From: Nitrospirales bacterium
GTDB taxonomy: Bacteria > Nitrospirota > Nitrospiria > Nitrospirales > UBA8639
Length of the DNA: 64,000 nucleotides
Assembly (NCBI GenBank): GCA_965223295.1
Contig: CBDCWC010000003.1
Coordinates: 1,120,001-1,184,000 of the forward strand
Direction of reading: 5' to 3'
Each line of letters begins with the position of its first letter. The stretch's first letter is position 1. The position numbers were made by a program, and so were the translations under genes. The notes beneath the pieces are model-generated. The model saw only the letters and a list, made by a program, of their open reading frames with translations, ran no database searches and had not been told where the DNA came from. Below are positions 1-9,958 of the stretch, in pieces.

Positions 1-2132
1 GACAGAGCATTCGACAATAAGGGAGCATAGGCCCGTTCCACATATTCTTTTAACATGCGGCGCGCACTAAATCGTGGAGCTCCGGTGCGGATGGCATTTT
101 TGAGGATCGTACACCATCCATGAGGAATCCCATCAATACCACGATCGTAGTATAGTGGAATGACGTCGTTTTCTAGAAGACTATAGAGGTTCTCGCAATC
201 CCAACTATCTTGTTTTCCATCATTCACTGGGTCATCAAGAAGAGGAACGGCCCAGCCATTGGTTCCATCATACCCCTCTTTCCACCATCCGTCTAACACG
301 CTCAAATTGGGCACACCATTTAATGCAGCTTTCTGTCCGCTTGTCCCACTGGCTTCCAGAGGTGGACGTGGGTTATTGAGCCACACATCTACTCCCTGGA
401 TCAGAAACTTCGCGACATGCATGTCATAATCCTCAACAAACGCAATATGGCCGCCCAGATCATGTGCTTTAGCAAATTGATAAATACGATGGATTAATTC
501 ACGACCATACTGGTCAGCCGGGTGCGCTTTTCCAGCAAAAATAATCTGAACTGGTCTCCAAGGATTTAACAAAATCTTTTTCAGACGATCCAAATCCGAA
601 AACAGCAATGTGGCTCGTTTGTATGTAGCAAATCGCCTGGCAAATCCAAGGGTCAACGAATGCGGCTCCAACAACGTGCCGCTTGCTAACAATTGAGTCG
701 GATCCTTCCTGCCATCCATCCATCCGATTCGAGCTCGTTGACGAATAAAAATGAGCATTTTCCGCTTCAAAAACTGTCTGGTTTCCCATAATTCTTCATT
801 GGGAATTTCGTGAATCCGCTTCCACAACTCTGGGTCATCGCAATGTTCCCGCCATTCGTGTCCCAAATATTTTTCAAATAACACATCCATTTCTTTTGCG
901 ATCCACGTCGGAACATGTACCCCATTTGTGACACTGTGAATAGGGACGTTCTCGACTGTACACTCGGGCCAGAGTACCTGGAACATTTTGCGAGAGACCC
1001 GCTCATGTTCCACACTGACTCCGTTAATAAACCCTGCATGACGAATTGCCAAAGCTGTCATATGGAATTGGTCGGCTCCTAATTCAGGATGGCGGCCCAG
1101 CGCCATGAAATCAGCCTGTGTGAGCCCCAACTCTTCCCACCACCAATGGCAATGTTCTCGAATCACTTCTTCTGAGAAAATATCATGTCCGGCCGGGACC
1201 GGAGTATGGGTGGTAAAAACCGTCGATTCTTGCACGTGCTCCACCGCATCAGCCAAGGATAGCCCTTCTTTAACCCTTTCTCTGATGCGTTCTATCAAGA
1301 GGAATGCTGGATGCCCTTCGTTTGCATGCCATACCTGCGGCTCACAGCCTACGGCACGTAGTGCACGTACGCCGCCAATTCCCAGCAAAAGCTCCTGACA
1401 CAAACGTGTATGATGATCGCCCCCATATAGCCGAGCTGAAAGGTGACGATCTTCAGCGGAATTCTCTGATGTATCAGTATCTAAGAGGTAGAGCGAGACT
1501 CGCCCGACCTGGAGGTGCCACACCAGACAGGTCACCATGCGGTGCCCAATAGGAACCTGGACTTTCACTATCTCACCGGTAGGGGTGCGGGCGCAGTCAA
1601 TCGGTATGCTCTTGAGGTCAACCGAATCATACACGGCTTCTTGCCACCCCTCGGCATCAATCACTTGCCGAAAATAAGCCTGGTTATACATAAACCCGAC
1701 GGCCACGAGCGGAATCCCAAGATCACTGGCTTCTTTCAGATGATCGCCAGCGAGAATCCCCAACCCTCCGCTATAGAGGGGCACGGAACGATGCAGTCCA
1801 AATTCAGCGGAAAAATATGCGATCTGGCCTCTGCGTAACTGGGGATAAATGGTGTGAAACCAGTGGTCTTTGGCTCCCATATAGTTCTGAAAGGTATTCA
1901 TGGCAGCCTGATATTGACGAATAAACACCATATCTTCCCGAAGTATATCCAACCGGTTGGGGTCAATTTCTTGTAACTGTTTCATGGGATCATGATGAGT
2001 CAATCGCCATAAGGTTTGATCAAAATAGGAAAAGACGGAGCGGCCTGCAGGCGACCAGCTCCACCACAAGTTATGAGCGAGTTCTGACAGATTGTTAAAT
2101 TCTGTCGGTAAGGTTCTCGACCGAGTCTCCAT
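1..2132 (-). CDS. glgP: Alpha-glucan (glycogen) phosphorylase, runs off the window's left edge
   Basis: Manual translation from ATG 2132: METRSRTLPTEFNNLSELAHNLWWSW..., later motifs YFSAEF, GGLGILAGDH, NEGH, FARRFATYKR, EASGTSGQKAALNG. Absent from the ORF track because it has no stop in the window. Confidence 0.93.
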   Translation of the reverse strand, partial: METRSRTLPTEFNNLSELAHNLWWSWSPAGRSVFSYFDQTLWRLTHHDPMKQLQEIDPNRLDILREDMVFIRQYQAAMNTFQNYMGAKDHWFHTIYPQLRRGQIAYFSAEFGLHRSVPLYSGGLGILAGDHLKEASDLGIPLVAVGFMYNQAYFRQVIDAEGWQEAVYDSVDLKSIPIDCARTPTGEIVKVQVPIGHRMVTCLVWHLQVGRVSLYLLDTDTSENSAEDRHLSARLYGGDHHTRLCQELLLGIGGVRALRAVGCEPQVWHANEGHPAFLLIERIRERVKEGLSLADAVEHVQESTVFTTHTPVPAGHDIFSEEVIREHCHWWWEELGLTQADFMALGRHPELGADQFHMTALAIRHAGFINGVSVEHERVSRKMFQVLWPECTVENVPIHSVTNGVHVPTWIAKEMDVLFEKYLGHEWREHCDDPELWKRIHEIPNEELWETRQFLKRKMLIFIRQRARIGWMDGRKDPTQLLASGTLLEPHSLTLGFARRFATYKRATLLFSDLDRLKKILLNPWRPVQIIFAGKAHPADQYGRELIHRIYQFAKAHDLGGHIAFVEDYDMHVAKFLIQGVDVWLNNPRPPLEASGTSGQKAALNGVPNLSVLDGWWKEGYDGTNGWAVPLLDDPVNDGKQDSWDCENLYSLLENDVIPLYYDRGIDGIPHGWCTILKNAIRTGAPRFSARRMLKEYVERAYAPLLSNAL

Positions 2133-2258
2133 TTACAATGCCTCACAGGGAAAGTATCAGGGATAAGGGGAAGGCGACATTACGACATAAAAGTCGCTTA
2201 TCCATTAGCATAGGTGAATGTGAAGAGATGTCAAGGCTCCTGCCGGTGGACACGAGGG

Positions 2259-3164
2259 TCAGGCATTTCCAACCGGACGACTGGCTCCAGCCTGCGCGAG
2301 CGACACAACCACAGCATATCGCTCTCCCACCAGACGGGTGGCTCTGTTCATGTGCTTGGCGAGTTCTTTCGCTTCATCGGGTGGCAGGTCTGTGCGGAAT
2401 TGCGGGTGTAACCCCCACCAGGTCTCAACCTCGTCATCACCCTGAATTCGAGAGACGACACTGATGAGTTTAATGAGCCCTTCACCAGTAGTCCCTTCCG
2501 GAGCAGCAAGAGGGGTGGCCGAACTCGCTTGAACGGTCGGTGTCTCTTCTTTTTTAGGTTTGGATGTATCATCTCCGGTACCGGTTGAGGGAGAAGGTGC
2601 CTCCGTTTTTGGTTTCATCGCATCATCGAACAGGCTTTGGAGAGCGGGAACAACAGCAGATCCGCACAAAAACGCCGCTGAGGTAATTTCTGTCTTGCCA
2701 GACGCGCCAGCCTTTGAGGCAACTCGCTCGGAGAAAAATTGAAAAAATTGATCACGTTCCTTGGTCTGATCGGTCACCACAAATTTAAACCGCTCATACA
2801 CTTCGCGGCTCTCTGCAACCGTTTGTCCGACGGAGAGCATCACTTCCATTTCATCAACTTCAGTCGAACTAAGGGAAGGGGCTAACACGGTCTTCAATTC
2901 ATGAGAGACAGAATCTTCTAAGCTATTCATAAAGTCTCGCTGGGCCTGAATAGGAATATAAAAGGCCGAGAGCCGATCCACCAAATTAAACAACATGCGA
3001 AGAAATTCTAAATAAATATCCCATTCCTGCTTTCGCTGAAGTTTTAAGGCTTGTTGCTGGTCGGACCGCTTAATCAAGTTGACAGATTCGCGCGACACAC
3101 TCATCATCGTATGTGCCAGATCTTTCAAAATTCCGGTATAGTTTTCTGTCGAAGCCTTTGCCAT
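2259..3164 (-). CDS. Hypothetical protein (301 aa)
   Basis: Long ORF with GGAGG upstream, co-oriented with glgP; no motif recognised. Confidence 0.7.
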   Translation of the reverse strand: MAKASTENYTGILKDLAHTMMSVSRESVNLIKRSDQQQALKLQRKQEWDIYLEFLRMLFNLVDRLSAFYIPIQAQRDFMNSLEDSVSHELKTVLAPSLSSTEVDEMEVMLSVGQTVAESREVYERFKFVVTDQTKERDQFFQFFSERVASKAGASGKTEITSAAFLCGSAVVPALQSLFDDAMKPKTEAPSPSTGTGDDTSKPKKEETPTVQASSATPLAAPEGTTGEGLIKLISVVSRIQGDDEVETWWGLHPQFRTDLPPDEAKELAKHMNRATRLVGERYAVVVSLAQAGASRPVGNA

Positions 3165-3335
3165 ATCATGATTCCTCCGGTGAACAAAGGCGAATTATAA
3201 CTGAGGGTTCGGAGACCTGTCCAAGCAGAATTCCTCCTGCGTTGCAACACACCGGAGCCTATGCTATACACGGCCAACCCCGATCGCGTGAGTCTGTTTT
3301 TACGAAGAACCTTAGACTATTTCCCTTAGAGATTC

Positions 3336-5348
3336 ATGGATTCCACATCGGCAAACCCCAAAACCTATGTACTCAAGCGTCCGCTTGACGAAGCCACCCC
3401 TCCTCCTCTCTCCCGAAACTACGCTGAAGAACTCAATGCTCAACAACTTGCTGCTGTTGAAGCAGTCGACGGACCGGCCCTCGTTATTGCTGGAGCCGGG
3501 AGTGGAAAAACCCGTACGTTGGTCTACCGGGTCGCCCGACTGATTGACCTGGGGATCCCGCCCAGTTCCATTTTGCTGCTGACCTTTACCCGAAAAGCCG
3601 CACAAGAAATGTTAGAACGAGTCGGTCTTCTGATCGGACTCCGGAGCCAACAAGTCAGCGGAGGAACATTTCATTCCACAGCCAACCTCCTCTTGCGTCG
3701 CTATGGCCAACCGGTTGGCTTGGAGCCCAGCTTTACCATCTTAGATCGAGTCGATTCGGAGGATTTGTTGAACCTCTTACGCGGCCAACTGGGCCTGAAC
3801 GACATGGGCAAACGGTTCCCCCGCAAACACACCATCGCGGAAATGTTTGGAAAAACAGCAAATACCTTAGCCAGTTTGGAGGATATCGTCCTTAATGAAT
3901 ACAGCCATTTCGGGAATTATTTGGACGAACTCACGAAACTCCAAACTGCCTATGAATCGGCCAAACGGCAACGTCAATTGGTCGACTACGATGATCTGTT
4001 AGTCAAGATGTTGGAACTTCTCGTCGTTGACGAACATTCTCGAGAAACCATTAGCCAAACCTTTCGTTATATTTTAGTTGATGAATACCAGGACACCAAT
4101 CGCCTGCAAGCCTCACTGGTACGGAACTTAGCCGCAACTCATCAAAACGTCATGGTCGTCGGGGATGACTCTCAATCCATCTATGCGTTTCGCGGCGCCA
4201 CGTTTCGGAACATCATGGAGTTTCCAGAGCTCTTCCCGGGCACGACGATCTACAAGTTGGAAGAAAACTATCGAAGCACCCAGCCCATTCTACAACTGGC
4301 CAACAAGCTTATTGCCGCTGCGCCAGAACGATATAGTAAAACCCTGTTCACTCGGCAAGACGAAGGTCCATTACCCAGCCTAGTGCAGGCTATGGGCGAG
4401 AATGCCCAGTCTCGTTTCATTGCACAAAAAATCTTAGAGCTTCGAGAAGAGGGTATTGCCTTAGATGAAATCGCCGTCTTGTTCCGATCCAGCTTTCATG
4501 CATTTGACCTGGAATTAGAACTCTCCCGTCGGAATTTGCCGTTCATTAAGCGCGGCGGGTTCAAGTTTATAGAAACCGCCCACGTCAAAGACCTACTCGC
4601 GCATTTGCGCGTAATTCACAATCCGTTAGATACCGTGAGTTGGAACCGATTGCTTCTTCTCCTTGAAGGAGTGGGGCCCAAAAAATCAAGAGATCTCATC
4701 GCCATGATTCTGCAGGCTCATGGCAGTTATGAATGTCTGAAACACAGTACAGGTCGATCGGCAGCAGGCCTGCGGCATTTGGCCGCCACGTTAGCAGAAT
4801 TGACCAAAGAGCCTCTCAGCCCGGCTGTGCTCCTTGGAGAAATGCTGGAATATTACTTGCCGCTCCTCAAAGACCAATATGACGATTATCCCAAACGGAT
4901 TCGCGACCTGGAACATTTATCGGTCATGGCAGAGCGCTATGAAAACCTCAATCAATTCCTGGCGGACCTGACTCTAGAACCGCCCAATGAAAGTATGTCA
5001 GATATTGAGGCTCCAGACGTTGATGATGAACGGTTGATTCTCTCCACGATTCATTCGGCCAAGGGCCTCGAGTGGCGATGTGTTTTTGTCATGTGGTTGG
5101 TGGATGGTCGATTTCCCTCGGCCTACTCATTTTCTGACGAGGATGGCCTGGAAGAAGAGCGGCGGCTCTTGTATGTGGCTATTACTCGTGCGAAACAGCA
5201 TCTCTTCCTCACCTACCCGATAAATGTGTACGATAAGATGACGGGGGCTGTGCTCTCGAAACCTTCACGGTTTTTCGATCACATCCCTTCGTCACATTTT
5301 GAAACCTGGAATTTGGTGGAAGAAGATCAAACATACTCCTGGAGATAA
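3336..5348 (+). CDS. ATP-dependent DNA helicase, UvrD/PcrA/Rep family
   Basis: AGAGSGKT, LTFTRKAA, VDEYQDTN, VGDDSQSIYAFRGA, STIHSAKGLEW, EEERRLLYVAITRAK. Confidence 0.95.
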   Translation: MDSTSANPKTYVLKRPLDEATPPPLSRNYAEELNAQQLAAVEAVDGPALVIAGAGSGKTRTLVYRVARLIDLGIPPSSILLLTFTRKAAQEMLERVGLLIGLRSQQVSGGTFHSTANLLLRRYGQPVGLEPSFTILDRVDSEDLLNLLRGQLGLNDMGKRFPRKHTIAEMFGKTANTLASLEDIVLNEYSHFGNYLDELTKLQTAYESAKRQRQLVDYDDLLVKMLELLVVDEHSRETISQTFRYILVDEYQDTNRLQASLVRNLAATHQNVMVVGDDSQSIYAFRGATFRNIMEFPELFPGTTIYKLEENYRSTQPILQLANKLIAAAPERYSKTLFTRQDEGPLPSLVQAMGENAQSRFIAQKILELREEGIALDEIAVLFRSSFHAFDLELELSRRNLPFIKRGGFKFIETAHVKDLLAHLRVIHNPLDTVSWNRLLLLLEGVGPKKSRDLIAMILQAHGSYECLKHSTGRSAAGLRHLAATLAELTKEPLSPAVLLGEMLEYYLPLLKDQYDDYPKRIRDLEHLSVMAERYENLNQFLADLTLEPPNESMSDIEAPDVDDERLILSTIHSAKGLEWRCVFVMWLVDGRFPSAYSFSDEDGLEEERRLLYVAITRAKQHLFLTYPINVYDKMTGAVLSKPSRFFDHIPSSHFETWNLVEEDQTYSWR

Positions 5349-6261
5349 ACCTGTGCGAAAACTTCCAATAACCATTAGCAGCATTATTTTCATGTCATAC
5401 ATCAGTATCGCTCTGAGCGGATTAGCCTGGGCTGAAGAAGCTGCATCTGGAGACCGGCCACAACCGAGGAATCCCTGGCCAGCCTTACTCCAACAAGCAA
5501 AAAGCTTAGGGTTGACCACAGAATTTCTGACTCATATCGATCCCAATTTTGTGAATATTACCTTTGAAGATCTCCGAACATACGCTGCCGAATATCACCC
5601 TGAAGATCATCGAATGATTCTGAATATGCGTCTGTCATTCAATGAAGCTGGCGGAGCCTTAGCTGACCTTGCCCGTATGACTCACCACGACCTGGCGCTT
5701 CTCTATCATGAACTCCTCCATGCCTATTTGGATTACCTCTATGCTGATGAGCAGCACACACCTCTCACTACTGAGGATAAGCAAGTGCTTGATTTCGCCA
5801 ATAGCCAAATGGCGTGCCATTATCGCTTTGTGCGCATTAATCCGATACGTCAACTCAAAGGTGCCACGGAACTGCGTTTTCTATCTGACCAAGATACTTG
5901 GGAAGTCATGAACGAAACCTGGGCGGTCTTTGTAGGGTGGGTTCACTGGACCAAACTTGAACTCTTTCAGGGAAAACTTTCCGACAGTGCTTGGACACCG
6001 AACCTTATTGCGCAATGGACAGACCGATTGGAGAAAGCGGTCGAATCTGGGGAATTACTTGGCTACTATGAACCCGACGATCCTGAAGAACGAAAGGTCG
6101 CCCGCAAACGGTTTATCGCCCCGTCGAATGGACTGACTCCGCAAGATGTTGACTATCTTCTCACGAAGGTTTTGCACGAACCGCCTGAATTGGTGGAGGC
6201 CTCCAAAAACGTCTTTGAAGCTTATCAAGTTGATCAAGAACCACCACCTTCTTGCGAGTAA
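5299..6261 (+). CDS. Exported hypothetical protein with HExxH motif (true start probably slightly downstream)
   Basis: Hydrophobic signal-like segment ending LAWA; YHELLHAY motif. Confidence 0.65.
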   Translation: MKPGIWWKKIKHTPGDKPVRKLPITISSIIFMSYISIALSGLAWAEEAASGDRPQPRNPWPALLQQAKSLGLTTEFLTHIDPNFVNITFEDLRTYAAEYHPEDHRMILNMRLSFNEAGGALADLARMTHHDLALLYHELLHAYLDYLYADEQHTPLTTEDKQVLDFANSQMACHYRFVRINPIRQLKGATELRFLSDQDTWEVMNETWAVFVGWVHWTKLELFQGKLSDSAWTPNLIAQWTDRLEKAVESGELLGYYEPDDPEERKVARKRFIAPSNGLTPQDVDYLLTKVLHEPPELVEASKNVFEAYQVDQEPPPSCE

Positions 6262-6320
6262 ACTAGACCTCAAACTCGGGTAGACTTCAATCAAACAACC
6301 ATGCTAGCTTCAAAATCTTT

Positions 6321-6370
6321 CCTCACCAAATTCACCTCTCCCACCTGGGGGAGAGGGCTAGGGTGAGGGG
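6321..6370. repeat. REP-like palindrome CCTCTCCC...GGGAGAGG...GGGTGAGGGG
   Basis: CCTCTCCC 6335-6342 pairs with GGGAGAGG 6349-6356; outer CCTCACC pairs with GGTGAGG. Confidence 0.55.
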
Positions 6371-6408
6371 GGAAAGCATCAGAAAATTCGAAGATACTGA
6401 ACAGGTGT

Positions 6409-6484
6409 GCGCCTGTAGCTCAGTGGATAGAGCACTGGCCTCCGGAGCCAGGGGCCACAGGTTCAAATCCTGTCAGGCGCACCA
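6409..6484 (+). tRNA. tRNA-Arg(CCG)
   Basis: GCGCCTG/CAGGCGC acceptor stem, anticodon arm CTGGC-CTCCGGA-GCCAG, GTTCAAATC T-loop, encoded CCA. Confidence 0.96.
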
Positions 6485-6577
6485 TTTGTAAAGTGAGAAG
6501 GTAAAAGTAAGAAGTGAGCAGCAGGAAAAGTATTCTTTTTACGTCTCACTCCTTACTTTTCACTTTTTTGATCCGGT

Positions 6578-6653
<76 letters not shown>

Positions 6654-6688
6654 TCTTTTTTAAAAACCACATGAAGCCCTCATTTTTC

Positions 6689-7105
6689 CTATTCCCTACT
6701 TATGGGAATAGCTTCCGTTCTTCCCTGTGAGCCTTCACGCGTTTGATAACTTTCCGAAGTAACCCTTTTGCACCTAATGAATCCCACTGAAAACTTCTTC
6801 GTCGAGCGGACAGTTCGTTTTTCGTCTATCCCAGTTAGCCTAAGGGGATAGACTTCCCGTGTGCAGCTCAAGTAACCCCCATAGTTTCTGATCCCTCTCT
6901 TATCAGCTGAACCCTTCAGCTTTGGGGCCAGCAGTCGACAGGGTAAGTAACCCGTCGCGAGTGGTTTGGATTTGGTTGATTCATTTTTTGCTTCAGACTT
7001 CACTTCCGGTAACCGAAACGACGTTATAGCCCCTTTCACGTGAGTGTCCTGGTTCTGTAGCTAGGGACCTAAGCGTATTAGCCTTTCTAGCAACAGGATG
7101 CCAGA
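6689..7105. ncRNA. Candidate large structured ncRNA (unclassified; minus strand favoured)
   Basis: At least five hairpins plus three copies of AAGTAACCC in a region without a credible CDS; see findings. Confidence 0.4.
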
Positions 7106-7281
7106 AAGTTTCAATAGTGGAGGGTGTTCAAAAATTTATGTCGACACAGATAGACCGAGGTGTAGCCATAGAATTTGTGAGGCCGGTTTCAACATCTACC
7201 ACCGCCTTGGCATGAGACAAAGATAGCTGATTCCTAACTAGCTGACACGAGACCGTTCACCTCAGAATTTGGAGATTTCTA

Positions 7282-8097
7282 ATGGAACGAAAACAAACGC
7301 CCTGGCTACTTATCCTCCTTCTCTTTGTTCTCTTCCTATCTGCCTCGGCCCATGCAAATGTTCCAGCGGGGCCAGATGTTGATGACCGAAGAAACAATAC
7401 AGCAGCACTCATACAGTTAAAGGCTTTAGCTGAAGAGGGACATGTTAGTTCACAATACGATCTGGGAGTCTTATATACCAAGGGGCAAGGGGTGACCCGA
7501 GATCCTCAGAAAGCCTTGCACTGGTTTCAATTAGCTAGCGAACAGGGACACTCCTTGGCGCAATACAATTTAGGAGTGATGTACCATGAGGGTCGAAGTG
7601 TCCCAAAAGATTTACAGGTAGCCTCTCATTTATATCGTCTTGCGGCTGATCAAGGACTGGCTGCGGCACAGAGTAACTTGGGAGTGTTGTACTTTCTGGG
7701 TCAGGGTGTGCCGCAAGATGATCAGAAGGCTGTGTATTGGTATCGGCTAGCGGCGGAGCAGGGAGATTCTGTCGCGCAGGTCATGCTGGGCAATATGTTC
7801 CGTCTTGGCCGTGGAGTGGAAGAAAACGAGCAAGAGGCTGTTCATTGGTGGAGAAAGGCGGCAGAAACGGGAAATAAGTTCGCACAGTATCAATTGGGAC
7901 TGAGCTACGCAGTGAGCAGTGAAATGGGTACAGATCCTGACAAGATTGAAGCCTATAAATGGTTTGTCATCTCTGCCTCACAAGGAAACAAAGACGCAGA
8001 ATCGTTGATGACATCAATGGGTGAAGAAATGACCGAAGCTCAGATAGCAGAAGCTCGGCAGCTTGCCCAGTCATGGATGGCCAATCATCAGAAATGA
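7282..8097 (+). CDS. Sel1-like repeat (TPR) exported protein
   Basis: Signal peptide ending ASAHA; repeated AQYNLGVMY..G.GV..D...A..W...AAEQG units. Confidence 0.92.
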   Translation: MERKQTPWLLILLLFVLFLSASAHANVPAGPDVDDRRNNTAALIQLKALAEEGHVSSQYDLGVLYTKGQGVTRDPQKALHWFQLASEQGHSLAQYNLGVMYHEGRSVPKDLQVASHLYRLAADQGLAAAQSNLGVLYFLGQGVPQDDQKAVYWYRLAAEQGDSVAQVMLGNMFRLGRGVEENEQEAVHWWRKAAETGNKFAQYQLGLSYAVSSEMGTDPDKIEAYKWFVISASQGNKDAESLMTSMGEEMTEAQIAEARQLAQSWMANHQK

Positions 8098-8159
8098 TTG
8101 AAATACATTGAATCACTCCAAAACAGTCAACCACTTACCAGGTTTCTCCCTTCCTACCA

Positions 8160-8314
8160 GGGCCTGTTGAAAAAAACCGCCAGCTGAGTTCCCTGGCTTC
8201 GCCGAGGCGGCTTCGCACAGGCGAGCGGACTGTTTTGAACTGGACCGTCGGATTGAAGGCACAAGCCCTCTTAGAGCATGTTCTGGACTTGAAATTGAAC
8301 TATTCAATACTGTC
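8160..8314 (+). repeat. Family-1 MITE/REP-like repeat, degenerate copy
   Basis: GGGCCTGTTGAAAAAAACCGCCAGC start and GAAATTGAACTATTCAA end match the copy at 32753-32943. Confidence 0.6.
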
Positions 8315-8571
8315 TACAAAAGATGTCTCTCTGAAGACTTCAAAGGGTTCTTCTGCCTTTTCATAATTTCTATACTCCCAAGTAATTCTTCACAAATGAA
8401 AATTTGGGTTAACTTGGTGTCAATAAATACAGAGGAATGTTCAATGAGATCGAGAGACCTCGCACAGAAATTCAATAAGGCGTGGCGATTATAGCGTTGG
8501 GCCGATGGGTAACTTAGACTGCTGGGAGTGATAAACCTAGAAAAAGTGCCGGAGCGATTGATTGGAGTTTG

Positions 8572-8778
8572 TTAGTCGAGACGGGATAAATGCTTGAAGA
8601 CAATATGTTGTTTTCGCGTTCGTCTTCGCTGTTGTAATGACTCTAAAGGATTGGGAAATAGTCGATACTTTAGACAACATGGCTCATCGAGTGTCGACTC
8701 TGCACGACGCCCCTGTAAGATGCAGCCTAGCAATATCAGACTTGCCACCAGGCCAAGCAGCCATAGCAGCGTGATCAT
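8572..8778 (-). CDS. Small membrane hypothetical protein (68 aa)
   Basis: ATG 8778 preceded by AAGGAA; N-terminal TM MITLLWLLGLVASLILLGCIL. Confidence 0.4.
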   Translation of the reverse strand: MITLLWLLGLVASLILLGCILQGRRAESTLDEPCCLKYRLFPNPLESLQQRRRTRKQHIVFKHLSRLD

Positions 8779-9438
8779 TATTTCCTTACCCAAAAGAGTA
8801 CGACACCAATCATCAGCACCCACCATCTGAGACTGATCGAATGTTGTTCTCCAACACCATGATAGGAATAGCGTTTACTCATCACGGCCTCCTTGTTAGT
8901 AGATTGTCTTTTACCCTACTTCGAGGATGAAATTTCTGACCATTCCTCAAAGGTCCAAGATAGAACCCGCTCGAAAGAGGGAGCCATGCCCCGTCATGTT
9001 GAAAAAATTCTGGGGGATAACTTGGGCTCTGAGGAGCAGACTACTCCAATGGAGGGGGAGCGTGATGTTTCTTGCCAGAAATACCAAAAATCATCTCTGC
9101 CGAATTTTTAATCAGATACATGAGTGTATCTGTTTTGATACTTCCCTGTTCATGGGGCACCATGCCTCCTTCCCCGCAACATCTTGAATTTCTTCAATAA
9201 ATCAGGCGGTTGTCGGTCTTTTGAGGGAGTAGCGCGATGTGATGCCGAACCTGGCATTAAGGTTGCTTTATCCGTCACTAAGGGCGCGAAGGGAACGACG
9301 AAGAAGGAAGTCATTATGAATTGGACCCTATGGCTTATGGCCACTATTGAAGCTTGTATGGGGGGCTTTTCCCTTCATTTCATTTGGAGAAACTCTCGCT
9401 AACCTTCAGAGTCACTGCTTAAGAAAAGACGAAAAGCC

Positions 9439-9759
9439 ATGCGTACCGAGAGCTTTCTTAATCTTCCTATCGAAACTGTGGATTGGGGGACGCTCGCGCC
9501 CATCTATCCTTTTCGATTCAAAGGCCCAGGGTATCTCTACTGCAACTGGTGTGCGCATCACATTCGGTTGGTTCGTCGTACGGAAGCCGGAGTGAACTGT
9601 TTTGACTGTGGACAGGCCTTGGCTCTTGCTCCGTCATCGTTCATTCAGGAAGACTCATCAGTCACAAAGTCCGACCCCTTGCCTGAGAATTTTTCAGTAA
9701 TCACTCGAGAAGAAATGGAGGCACGCAATGTCACGAAATTATCGTCCCTTAACCTATGA
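9439..9759 (+). CDS. Small hypothetical protein with two CxxC motifs (possible Zn ribbon)
   Basis: CNWC and CFDC motifs. Confidence 0.45.
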   Translation: MRTESFLNLPIETVDWGTLAPIYPFRFKGPGYLYCNWCAHHIRLVRRTEAGVNCFDCGQALALAPSSFIQEDSSVTKSDPLPENFSVITREEMEARNVTKLSSLNL

Positions 9760-9958
9760 TGAAAAAAAAGCTGCCGAAGCAGCCTTCAACGGATTGCCAT
9801 TTGATTCGATGTGGTCAGAAGCTGGCAGAAAAGTCTATTGGGGTCTGTGTTCTGCCCTCGCGAAGAAACACCACAAAACCTTGCAGGAAATGAGCTCTTT
9901 CCAACCCCTTTTAGCCAGAGAGGTTCCGCACCTCCATGCTTTTCAGCTAGCCAAATAA
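9728..9958 (+). CDS. Small hypothetical protein (76 aa)
   Basis: GGAGG upstream of ATG; protein-like sequence YRPLTYDEKKAAEAAFNGLPF. Confidence 0.6.
   Translation: MSRNYRPLTYDEKKAAEAAFNGLPFDSMWSEAGRKVYWGLCSALAKKHHKTLQEMSSFQPLLAREVPHLHAFQLAK

Noticed and set aside
514-1838. Short ORFs at the window start
   Set aside because: They overlap the long glgP frame on the minus strand.
6689-7039. 116-aa minus-strand ORF
   Set aside because: No recognisable motif or good RBS; the region is better explained by RNA-like hairpins.
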